NCBI GenBank assembly: GCA_028534125.1
Contig: CM052817.1
Location: forward strand, 46,130,001 to 46,194,000
Source: Lama glama
Taxonomy: Eukaryota
DNA length: 64,000 nucleotides
Direction of reading: 5' to 3'
The notes under the pieces were generated by a model. It ran no database searches and was not told the DNA's origin. It saw only the letters and a program-made list of their open reading frames with translations. The translations under genes were made by a program, and so were the position numbers. This document shows, in pieces, positions 13,316 through 24,702 of the stretch (the stretch's first letter is position 1; each line of letters starts with the position of its first letter).

Positions 13316-13452
13316 TTATATTCAATTTACATTACTGCTGTAACAAATTACTACAAATCTAGTGGCCTAACCAATAGAATGTATTACCTTACAGCCCTGT
13401 AGATCGGAAGTTTGACAGAGGCTTCCCTGGGCTAAAATCAAGGTGTTGGCAC
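13316..13452 (-). mobile_element. MLT1 LTR fragment
   Basis: ctgctgtaacaaattactacaaatctagtggc...cttacagccctgtagatcggaagtttgac...gggctaaaatcaaggtgttggca. Confidence 0.7.
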
Positions 13453-15179
13453 TGGGTAACATTAAGGTGTTGGCAGTGATGGGTCGATTAACAAAACCTG
13501 CATTAAACTAGCTTAGCCCATGCTTATTTTCTTGTTAGGTGCATGGCACCAGAGGCTTATGGGGAGTTTTTGGGCGACTTTCTCCAAATATTTATTTGAA
13601 TTCAGATAAAATGAATGTAGTACCTGTGTTTGGTTTTATATGATGGCAGTTACCATTAGCTGGTTACCAGAGAGGATTTTTTTTTTAAGATTCATGTTTT
13701 ATGTCTCCCTCTTTATGAATCCATGGTGGAGGCTAGTAAACAGCACTTATGTTTTATAATATCTTGTGACCATTTAGGGAGAGATATATTCTAGAATTGA
13801 CCAAAGTCAAATTCAGTGCCTACAATATCCTCTTCTTTAAAAATTGCAATATCCTATCTAACTCTGGTTTTCTGGATTTTTTTTCTTTCTGCATAATGTA
13901 TTCAAAATGATTGATTCCATTGTTGTTGTAAAAAGTTTAAGGTAAATCCTCTCTGAAATCTCTTGAAAGTGAGCCATTTCAGCACCTTCCAGAAGACCAG
14001 GTTTTTGGCTTTGAGATATAAGAAATATGAAGTTGAATTTAACTGAATGAGAACGTTGTAGAAGGAACACATTTTGAGGGGAATGTAAGTTTTTGAACAT
14101 GTTACCTTTTAATGTCCAATGGCTATCCAAGTGGAGATATTAGATGGGTAGTTGGATAATGAATTTGGGACTCAGGAAAAACATTAAGGCTAGGACTGAT
14201 CAGTATACTGATGACAATTAAAGGCATAAGACTGTGTGGAATAGAGAGTGGCTGTAGAGCACAAAATTTCCAAGACTGAGATCTGGGGGCCCTCTAGCAT
14301 TTACAAATCAGAGGTGGGGAATGGAAGATATTAAGGAAGATCCAGCATGAAGCTGAAAACAGGTGAAAAACCAGATGAGTGTGGCATCCTGGAAGCCAAG
14401 AGGCTAAATTGTTTTAAGAAGTTTTTTTCTTAATTAACCCTTTGGGTTCTCAGACATGGAACAGAGTCAATCTGATGAGGTCCCAAGAATTTCATTTTAC
14501 AAGAATTTCTGTTTCTTCCCCACAAAATTCTAAACTAAATCTCAGACTAATTCCTTATGATGGTTTGTTCTGCTGCCTCTGACATGGCCAGAGCTGCAGT
14601 AGAACTGGGGATGGGAAGACCTTGTTTCTCATGCCAGGTTCATCTCTTACTACCACTGTGACCCTGGACAAATTAGTTTACCTCCACGGAAAATGGTCAT
14701 GGCTCTGCCTCCCTGCCCTACCCACAGGCTAATGAAATGGCCCAGGGAACTAATAAACGGGCAAAGCACCCTACAGATTGTTGAAGCACGGACCTCGGAA
14801 GCCATTGCTCTGACAGACGTTCAGAGGACCGTTTCCTGCTCTGAAGGCTTGGGAAAGCCAAGCCTCTTGGTTGGCAGATGCTGAGGGAATCACAGGACAT
14901 TCTTCTGGCTGATGCGTCCTTTCAAAAGTTATTTCTCAGTGGGACAGCTATTCATTTTAGAAATACTTTCAAAAATACCCTTTAAAATATTCTTTTAAAA
15001 AATACTAACCCCTACATGATTAATGTAGTTCCTTATATTTCAAAGAAATTCATCACTATAGTAGGCTACAAAATATGATAAATTTATATAATGCTTTCTG
15101 AAACTAAAGCCATATGTCTTTATATCAAAACATATTGTAGACCTGTCACTGCTTTGAAATCCTTTAATGTAATATGGAA

Positions 15180-15257
15180 AAAAGAAAAAAAAAACAAAGA
15201 AAGAGACCATATTTATCAGTGACATTTTTAATGCAAGGTGTTTAATGCATTTTTATT
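15180..15257 (-). terminator. EREG polyadenylation signal cluster
   Basis: Minus strand has AATAAA (15252-15257), ATTAAA (15241-15246) and ATTAAA (15227-15232), followed by a GU/U-rich element (TGGTCTCTTTCTTTGTTTTTTTTTT). Confidence 0.75.
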
Positions 15258-18200
15258 TTTCAATTGTTTTTTCCAGTTTCCAACAAAAATAAATAAAAAT
15301 TAATAATATATTATAAGTATCTATATTCTCCTTCAAAATCTTAAGGTACACAATTATCAAAGCTGATATTGAACACAAACAAATTGATACAATTCAGTAC
15401 TCTCATAAAATTCACTGTCAAATAAGTTACTTTAAACTGTATGCAATACAACTTTATGTTCCATAGCATCTTTAATATAAGCTGTATACCAAAATGGCTC
15501 TTAAGACTTGAAAAGTGCAATTACAGAGTGCAAAAACAGCAGAGAGAAATTCACTGTCTTACATTTAGTATCATCCAATTTGAATAACATATATTTTGGA
15601 TAAATTTATTCTTCAGTTAAAAGATTAAACTGTATTCCAGCAACGCTGTGCATACAAATTGTTATTCCCCCTTTGCCCATATGAATAAGAGTAGAAAAAG
15701 ATTAGAAAATATCGAAATATTGGGCAGCCAATTAAACACATTTTCCCCCAAATGTCTACAGAATGAATATTGCAGCAAAAATGGCAAGGTGGGTCAGACA
15801 GGAGTTTTTAAAAACTATGTTATTACATTCAACAGAAATTAGAAACTAGTATGTATTTGCTACATAAAAATTGATTGATTTGTTATCTCACGGCAGTTGA
15901 ATTTAGTTAACTCTCTTCTCAAAGACTCAAAAATAAAAATCTGTCATACTAGTGCACCACTTCTCCGCTTGCTTTGACTTTGGCAAATATAAGAGTAAAA
16001 GAATGTCCAAAAGAACAGTAGCATTTGATTGTATTTTTAATATTTAATATATTACGCAAATTTTAACTACGAGGTTGAATCTTGTACCAATCATAGAACT
16101 TTATGTCTCCGGTTATAGAGTACGTCAACTGGGTTACTGTGTGGCCTTGGTCGAAAGCCACAAATTATGCATTTATGCATTGGGTTTGCATTTGTTCTCA
16201 TGGCCCCTTCTGGAAATACATATAGTGAGAAATATGTAGAATAAGGAAGATAGACTAAATGTGAGCCAAAATTTTTCCACTGTTTGTAGGAAACATGAGC
16301 TGATAGCAATCATTTTTCAAGTTTGCTCAGCATTATCCTCATTAAAACAATGATTTTTTTTTCACCCATTAAAGAGATCTGTGTCAAACCTTTTTATCAT
16401 TCAATATGCATTTATAAGAAAAAATTTAACTTTTGCAGGGGTTAGCTTTTTAAGCATTCTTAAAGAAAGATTAAAAAACATCCTAAAATACTACTTAACA
16501 TTAATTATGTAGTATGAACTGAGATGCTTAAGATAAACCAATATGACTCTCTTTTTGTCATAAAATAAATAGATTGTAGTTAACTTCTTGGTTCGTCAAG
16601 AAATTTTCTTTGAAGCAATCAAGATTACTCAAAATAAGCAAACCTCCTTTACATGCAGTAGATGTCAATAAGTGTGTGCAGGATTTAAGCTGTATTAGTG
16701 AGAAACAGAAAAATCCTTTTAGATCTTACTGAATTTTATTCAATTTCTCTTTATCTTGTTTTTAAGTTTTATATATTGTTGATAGAGCAACAAAAGATGG
16801 CTTTATCTGTTTGTTCTCCTAACAGTGAGGGCCAGACCCAGGACTTTGGATGACAGTCACATGAATGCACCAGGGTATATAAGGCAGGAATACGTATGGA
16901 GGCAAATCCTGGCACCTGGCACTTTAGAAGTCAGCCATCACTTACTTCCTCTTTGTTGCCCTAGCATATTCCAAGAAAAAAGGTGAAAGAAGAGATCCTC
17001 CCTGACCAGGTATGGGATCCTGAAACATTGTCCCCAAAGGTCCAGCATTCAATAACACAGTCTCCCAGGAGACTGAAGGTGGTGACAGATGTGCCTCCTT
17101 ATGTGGTTGTGCCAAGTACCCTTACGAACTCACTGAGACCATGGGCTCAGAGCATAGGAGAAATCTTAGTCTCTTTCAAAAAGTAAAAGACAAACAACAG
17201 GACCCCGGTTTCATCTCAGCCTCCACAGGAAGGTGCGGTTAAGCCTCCACATTTTAAAAGTTTTCAAATGAATGTATTCATTTGGAAAAATACACTAGGA
17301 TATTTTTCATATTTTCCCCACTTCTCTGATCAGGATGTAATTTTAAATATATCATTTTAAATTTTAGAGGAAGCTACTTACTGCATTGTTTTAAGTTTAA
17401 ACTCTCTTGAATAGAAAATGAAATAACTGTATTTCCAACTTTAGACAATATATAGTACTACTGTCTTACAGCACTTAAAATAATAATTTAAATAATATCA
17501 GTCCGTCAGATCTTGGACTATGATTTAATCTTAGAATTCTTCAGCAAAGTCCCTGGAGAAATAGTCTTAAACAGAAGCACGGATTTTGGCTTCATGTGTG
17601 AATTATTTTTTTATCTCATGAGCAACAGTTAGCTCACATAAATGTCGTACTAAAAAAAAAACAAACAAACTGTGAAGCTATAAAATACTATTTACATAAA
17701 AGATGGTATAAAATAAAGTTCTCAGTTCATTTTCTTATGGAGAATCTGCTACAGGGTTGACGAGCATCTTAGGAGTTGTGGGTTAGAATAGAGAACTGTC
17801 CACTTTCCCTCCAGGTGGATTAAGAGCAAGTTACAGCTAAAGATACAGGTGGAGGGGGGATAGCCTCCTGGGTTTAGTTTGTTTCCAGTGTGTAGCATGT
17901 AGCACACGATCTATATTTGCTTCTCCCCAGTTCCCACAGCATTACTGTTTTAATACATGCCCCAGTGGTGCCAACTTTTACATCAAACTATGATATAGTC
18001 AAAACAATTATCATTGATTTGAGGAGCAGAAAAATATACTTATTAAACTGATTTGACTGTATATCTAGGCGTACAGAAATCTGTCATTTGCTGATACTTC
18101 TTAACAACGAACGGGGCATCACCTTCTCCTGAGTTTTACGCAGACAGTAAATATGCTTTGAAGCTTTCAGTAAAGCATTTAGCCCAGGAAATAACTTTTT

Positions 18201-18426
18201 TTTACAAAAATAACCATTTTCTTTCTACATTAAATATTGTGTATACATTATACATTAGCAAATAGTCTGTCAAAAATAAAACAAAAATAAAAACTTTTCT
18301 TAGTATATTAAAAATACATCATTGTTGACTTAACACATGACCCCACATAAATATTATTAATAAAATAGGAATATTAACATAATTAGCCATGCAGTGCATC
18401 CCTGCTCAGAAGCTTAATGGCACCAT
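15210..18426 (-). other. EREG: EREG 3'UTR (about 3.2 kb, AU-rich)
   Basis: AU-rich sequence after the stop codon with no recognised interspersed repeats; ends at a cluster of poly(A) hexamers followed by a U-rich tract. Confidence 0.75.
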
Positions 18427-18508
18427 TCAGACTTGTGGTAACGTCGGCTCCCCTGAGGTCACTCTTTCATATTCCTTCTTTGGTTCTTTGCCTTTTCGAT
18501 TTCTATAC
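18427..18508 (-). CDS. EREG: EREG exon 5 coding part (cytoplasmic tail YRNRKGKEPKKEYERVTSGEPTLPQV*)
   Basis: tttctag|GTATAGA...GTC TGA; 82 nt; YERV (YxxPhi) sorting motif retained; stop codon at 18427-18429. Confidence 0.97.
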
Positions 18509-18825
18509 CTAGAAATATTCAGAAATGAAGCTGTTAGCACTGTAGTTCACCGTAATAAGAACAAAGTATGCTAACAAAAGAAACAAATATATGCACTCAA
18601 AAGGTACATTAGCATAGCGTTTCCAAAATGACAGAGGTGAAGAGGTTTAGGTTGGACACGAGAGAAAAAGAGGGGAGGAGGGGTTAGTATTTATGGACAA
18701 ACAATTTTGGGAGGAAATGGTGAAATGCAGTTAAAGGACTTCTCAGAGGCTTTCACATTAGATGATGAAATTGTAAAATTCCAGGAAAGCATGTGACCAC
18801 ATTAAATCCTCGGCTGTTTTAGCAT

Positions 18826-18948
18826 TTTTTCTTTTTCTGTCTTCCCTTCTCCTTCTTTCTTTCTTCCATTCTTTCTTCCTTCCTTCATTTCTTTCCTTCC
18901 TTCTTTCCTTCCTTCCTTCCTTCCTTTCCTTTCCTTCCTTCTTTCCTT
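18826..18948. repeat. (TTCC/TTTC)n polypyrimidine microsatellite in EREG intron 4
   Basis: ccttccttccttc... tract; explains the K/E/R-rich ORF 18758-18964. Confidence 0.95.
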
Positions 18949-20392
18949 TATTATTAAAGTACACATATTCTGAATATCACACTACATTATTACATTCTAC
19001 CCATCACAATGATGTCAATCATTAGGTGACTGACAATGTTCCAAGTGCTTTATGGTCATTATTTATTTTATACACACATTTATCATTATCATCTTCATTT
19101 TACAGACAAAGAAAGTGAAGTACAAATGGGTTACATAACCTAGCCAAGTTCTTCCATCTAGGATTCATATATTTATCATGATTCAGAATCTTCATTTACT
19201 CAATCATTAAAGCTATCTTCCTAATACTCTGAATTCATTTTCTACCCATTTTGGAGATAAAGCTTGTAGCCCTGAGGAAACTGCATAATGTTTTTGCTTA
19301 ATAGAAGAATAAGATTAGAAAGTTTTTATTTAGGCTCAGTTCTGCCACTTATCAGCTAAATGAGCTGGACCATACCAATTGACCTCTCTGGGTCTCATTT
19401 TCCCCCCTTTATAAAGAAAAGGATTGTAGTCAAAAACCTTTCAAGTGTATTTCAGTTTTAATAATATGCAGTTCTGTGACTATAACTAACTTAAAAAGGC
19501 ATTATCATTTGATGAATACTTAGAATCAAACATGGGCAAAATAAATTTAATCTTGTAATAACAGCACCCTTTCAGGCTTTCAAAGTAAAGGTGCATTACT
19601 TTCAGCAAAAAATAAAATAAAATTCACTCAAACCTACCCTAAAACATTTGTATCAGTTCCAAAATAAGAAGGATTTCATGGAGACATTTTACAGGCAGTT
19701 ATTATTAATTAAGTCACACTATTCCCAAATCCTGATCCTAATCCTAAAAAACTGACAATCCGATGGACTGTCAGTAGTTTCAGTGCCCACTCTATATTCT
19801 ATCAGTTATCAGCATATGTCAGTACAATATTGTACATGAAGATGGAGTGATGAAGATGGAGGTTCTGGGGACTGACATAAACCAGTTTTTAAAATTAAAC
19901 TTTTATAATTACCTGGAAACTCATTTCTACTAGTCTGCCTTAAATTTCAAAATCTTAAACCTCGGGGTTATTGATTTATAAAACGTGTTTTATGAAATAC
20001 AAAATTTGACCTACTAAATTAAATACAAGTGACTAAGTTTAACATTGGCATGGTACCTTACGGTTTACTTTCACATGTGTTATATTCAATACTGAAAGCA
20101 GTTCTGTCATTCATGTAGGATAAGGATTTCCATCTGTATTTTATAGAGGAAGGAATTGATACTCCCAGCTTGACTTGCATAAAGTCACAGAGATAATAAA
20201 TAACAGAGCCAATAATATAGTCAAATCCAGACATTCGGCTGCTAAAACTTCTTTACAAATATCATCAGTCCAGAGTCTGTCTTATCCCACTAAATAATGC
20301 TTTGCCGTATTTTTATCCAGTTTGTAATGTATTGTATAAATGTAACTTACAAAAGTAGAATGTTAAAAAAAAAAAAGAAAACGCTGGCTTAC

Positions 20393-20542
20393 CATCTGCA
20401 GAAATAATACATGGAACCAGCGACTATGACGAGGAACAAGATAACAAGAATCACAGTCAAAGCCACATATTCTTTGCTCAGAGGTTGCTGGACGGTTAAA
20501 AAGAAGTGTTCGCATCGGACACCGGTGTAACCCACTTCACAC
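20393..20542 (-). CDS. EREG: EREG exon 4 (end of the EGF domain, stalk, transmembrane helix)
   Basis: cctttag|GTGTGAAG...TGCAGATG|gtaagc; 150 nt; CEVGYTGVRCEHFFL...VALTVILVILFLVIVAGSMYYFCR. Confidence 0.98.
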
Positions 20543-21169
20543 CTAAAGGAAAATGCACAGAAAGATCAGTTATTTAAAAAAGGAATCATGGTTCTGAATT
20601 AGTTTGGTAAGAGCTAAGAGCTAATCTCACACTATCATGCAAGGTTTGCCAAAAGTTGTAACGATGAATTCAAAGGCTGACCTTAAACCTGGGCCAGCTT
20701 TGATAAAAGAGCCCCACATAGCCCTCAAGCTCAGTTGTGGTAGTAAAACGATAGTCTGATTCAGCTGCTGAGGTGGCTGAAAACGGTGCCTTTTAAGTTT
20801 TGTAGGTTTGAGGTGCTTTTCGTATAAATCAGTGGAATCAATTCTTGTAACAGTGGCTGGCACATAAGCCCAGTGAAAAGATTAAAAGCTGAGCTGCTAC
20901 TGTGGCAAGTGTGAGAGGAAGGCACCGGAAGCCCTCCCCATTCTGCACCCCCAAAGAATCTGTACAATTTGATAATTATTGTTGGTTCTACTATTTGTTC
21001 CCTAGTTTAAAAAAAAATCACTTAATAAAGTTTTTAATAGTACATATAAACGGCATGCCGATAGTACATATAAGTTGCAGCCCATGAAAATAATAGAGTA
21101 ACTTAAAAAAAAAAGAGAAATACAGGTTTTTTAAAAATTGCTTCTGTTTGTTTGTATTTGGCATATTAC

Positions 21170-21293
21170 CTGCAGTAATTTTCACTCATGTCCACCAGGT
21201 AGATGCACTGTCCATGCAAACAGTAGCCATTCATATCAGAGCTACATTTTGTGATTGACACCTGAGCCACACGTGGATTGTCCTCTGTCTGAA
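21170..21293 (-). CDS. EREG: EREG exon 3 (N-terminal part of the EGF domain; VQTEDNPRVAQVSITKCSSDMNGYCLHGQCIYLVDMSENYC)
   Basis: tttacag|TTCAGACA...TACTGCAG|gtaata; 124 nt; first four EGF cysteines. Confidence 0.98.
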
Positions 21294-21335
21294 CTGTAAA
21301 AGAAATGCAAAGTTGAGTAAATTCTGTTGCTTCCC

Positions 21336-22213
21336 TTTTTTTTTGTATGAATATATATGTTTATTTAATGTGAAGAACAAAATTACAGTAATAGTAATAG
21401 TTTCATTTATGTTTTTACTATTCTGATTATGAATTTCATTAACAAATGTTCTTGAAACATACCCTGATGCACTTACCAGCTCTTTTGATAGGTCATTTTT
21501 TATTTTTATTTTCTATTTTTTTTAATTTAGTTATAGTCATTTTACAATGTTGTGTCAAATTCCAGTGTAGAGCACAATTTTTCAGTTATACACGAACATA
21601 TGTATATTCACTGTCACATTTTTTTTCACTGTGAGCTACCACAGATCTTGTATATATTTCCTTGTGCTATGCAGTATAATCTTGTTTATCTATTCTACAT
21701 TTTGAAATCCCAGTCTGTCCCTTCCCACCCTCCACCCCCTTGGCAACCCACAAGTTTGTATTCTATGTTTATGAGTCTGTTTCTGTTTTGTATTTATGTT
21801 TTTGTTTTTTTTTTTAGATTTCACATATGAGCAATCTCATATAGTATTTTTCTTTCTCTTTCTGGCTTACTTCACTTAGAATGACATTCTGCAGGGACAC
21901 ACATGTTGCTGCAAATGCTGTTATGTTGTCGGTTTTTATGGCTAAATAGTATTCCATTGTATAAATATACCACATTTTCTTTATCCAGTCATCTGTTGAT
22001 GGACATTTAGGCTGTTTCCATGTCTTGGCTATTGTAAATAGTGCTGCTATGAACATTGGGGTGCAGGTGTCATTTTGAAGTAGGGTTCCTTCTGGATATG
22101 TGCCCGGGAGCGGGATTCCTGGGTCATACGGTAAGTCTATTCCGAGTCTTTTAAGGAATCTCCATACTGTTTTCCACAGTGGCTGCACCAAACTGCATTC
22201 CCACCAGCAGTGT
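21336..22213 (-). mobile_element. Young 5'-truncated L1 (ORF2 C-terminus + 3'UTR) with probable 3' transduction, in EREG intron 2
   Basis: ORF 21814-22191 ([13 protein letters not shown]...CTPMFIAALFTIAKTWKQPKCPS...) is the L1 ORF2 C-terminus. L1 A-tail at about 21496-21523; second A-tail at 21336-21344; TGTTGCTT repeat at 21325 and 22211. Confidence 0.9.
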
Positions 22214-23177
22214 TGCTTTCTTTAAAGTAGTAATAACCCTTTCATAATAGTAACCACTGAGCTGCTATAACAAAGCTGGTCAGGTATTTTCAGGACTAGG
22301 AAGTCACTGTGATTACCAATAAACACACACCTGACCCCCTAAAAACTGTCCAACAGACTAAACAAAACAAAATAAAGCCTGGGGATATAATTCCCAGAAG
22401 ACAACCTTTAAGGATAGAAAAGGTAAGCTTAAGACATATACACAAAAATCACAGTTATTCACTTATCCAGACAAAGTCAGTGTGATTTTTTCAAATCTCA
22501 AAATAATCCTGACATTACTCCAAAAGCAACAGCAGGCTGAATCCACTAATTAATTTAAGAAAGCTTAATTCTATAGTGGGTTTTAAGCCAGCAAGGCCTG
22601 TCTGTGTGTGCGTTCCCAATCTTTTGAGGTTTGGGAAATCAATCAAAGTCTCCCAACATCTCTAAAGATGAGACCTGACATGAACTAGACAAACTGAGTT
22701 ATAAAAGCCTTGGATACATGAATACAGCAATAAAAGCAGGAGCCTCTTTAGAATAATGTTGCAACCTACACATAAAATACAATTTAGAATATTTTAGATA
22801 TTAAAATGTGAAATATGCTTGTGAAACAGTCACACAAAGTATCTTGAACAAAGCATCCTGAGTGTAATACTCTTGTTTAAATAACCAAAAAAAAGGAAGG
22901 GAGGAAGACCAAACCTCTAGAGAGTGCTGATTTTCTTTGTTCCTTACCTCTTTAAGATCAAATCTTTATATATAACTAGATGTCCAGTCCCTCTGCCTCC
23001 GGTTATTCCTTTATATAATTTTTTCAGATCACTAGTTCATTGGAGGGGGGACGTTTTAACAATTCTTCTGTTATCCCCTCCTTTTTTCCCCACTATCATG
23101 TATTTATAGTCTTTGAGTTTATATTTCTGCTAAGAACGTGTAATTCTTTGATGCAACACCAACAAATCTGGGCTTAC

Positions 23178-23264
23178 CTAAAGCTGTGCAGTTATCTTCG
23201 GACTCTCCTGGGATACATGAAGGAATCACTGTTGTACTGAGCACTGCTTGTAGAAGGTGGAAAC
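23178..23264 (-). CDS. EREG: EREG exon 2 (GFHLLQAVLSTTVIPSCIPGESEDNCTAL)
   Basis: aaatag|GTTTCCAC...GCTTTAG|gtaagc; 87 nt; contains the N-C-T glycosylation sequon. Confidence 0.97.
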
Positions 23265-24683
23265 CTATTTATGGAGGAAAATCAAATATATAAATAATGC
23301 TGCAAAGAAAGAAATCCTGATCAGATTTCTACATAATTACAGTATTTATAGTTTTTTAATTAAATCATAAATTTGGCCCATCAAAACTGTAAAAGAAAGT
23401 AATTCATGGAAATAGGCATATAATTGAAAATAAATGAACCCCTCGCTCCTCTTTCTATGGGTAAAAGCCCTGGCATTGTATTCAGAGTTACAGACTGGAC
23501 TTGCTCTAAATAGTTCACAGTAACCTTTTCAAAGACCTGATTTTGAAGTTTGATTTCTTAAGAAGCTTAGCAATTGGAAAATTGGGAAACTTCCACTGTT
23601 TGGCCCATGATGTGTTCAGAGCAATGCTCCAAGCCAGAACCTCTCACAAAAGACGCCTTCAAATTAAAAAATCAGCTTCTATGTATGGTAACAACAAAAC
23701 GGAACTCTCGACCTCAGATAAATCAGTTATCCCTTTAAGCACCTAAGTTACTCCTTGCTTTCCACATGAAAGTAGCTTTTAATTAATAAAGTGTAATCTA
23801 AAGTCAGAACATATCTCATCTAACACGGGAATGAACACGCGTGCTGGATGGACCACAGTGAGCCCTAGGATCCACCCCTAGAATCCGGTCAGCCCAGGAA
23901 GAGGTTAAACAAAGCCTTGTCATCATCTGTCTCCCCTGAAAAGACAAATGTTGGAAAACAGGCACCAGAAGGACTCAAGTGGTTTCTGAATCGCATAGAA
24001 AGTATAAGAAGAATCCTTTTAATTGCACGGATGTTCACTGAAGAGAGTTTGGCCTCTTTTTCTTAAAAGTCATCTATTTGCTCTTCAGTCACTCTTTCCA
24101 GGCTCTGTGAGTAACCGTTGTATAATAAATATTATTGGTGGTGGTGGTGGTGGTGGTAGTTGGCAGCCGTCAGCATTTCTTGAACATGCACTACATGAAG
24201 GCATGGTTCTACCCTCCTTACCTATATTGTCCCATTTAATCCACTCACTCACTCTTTGAAGAAGATACAACTGTTCTCCCCATTAGACATATGAGAAAAC
24301 TGAGACATAAAGAGTTTAAGGATCTTTCCCAAGAGTACACAGCAATGTCTTTAATGGGCCACATTATAGATTTGGAAACAGGCAATAATACTAGAGTCTA
24401 ATGGGCTTGGACATCACAGGGAACAAACGTGGATAAATGTAATTGAAGCAGATTATTTAACCCCATAAGGAGGCAACAAAACATGGTGGAAAGGCAATCC
24501 TGGGAGAAAACTCAGGCTATGTAACTTTGGACAAATTAATTAACTTCTCCAGATCTTAATTTTCCCTACTTTATAGAGTTTTGGGGAGAATTAAGTGAAA
24601 AGATATTTTTCTGAAACGTCCAACATACCAGAGACTTGATGAATGGTCCATGACACTCAACATCCAGCAGCAGTATATGTGGG

Positions 24684-24702
24684 TAGTGCCCTCTGCTGGT
24701 CT
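24684..24702 (-). promoter_or_regulatory. Candidate CTCF site in EREG intron 1
   Basis: Minus strand GACCAGCAGAGGGCACTA closely matches the CTCF core CCASYAGRKGGCRS. Confidence 0.6.

Noticed and set aside
1..15200. AREG exons or promoter expected downstream by synteny
   Set aside because: No CpG island or amphiregulin-like coding sequence was seen.
18758..18964. Lys/Glu/Arg-rich ORF
   Set aside because: Translation of the (TTCC)n repeat.
21814..22191. 125-aa ORF as a host gene
   Set aside because: It is the C-terminal remnant of L1 ORF2 in a 5'-truncated element.
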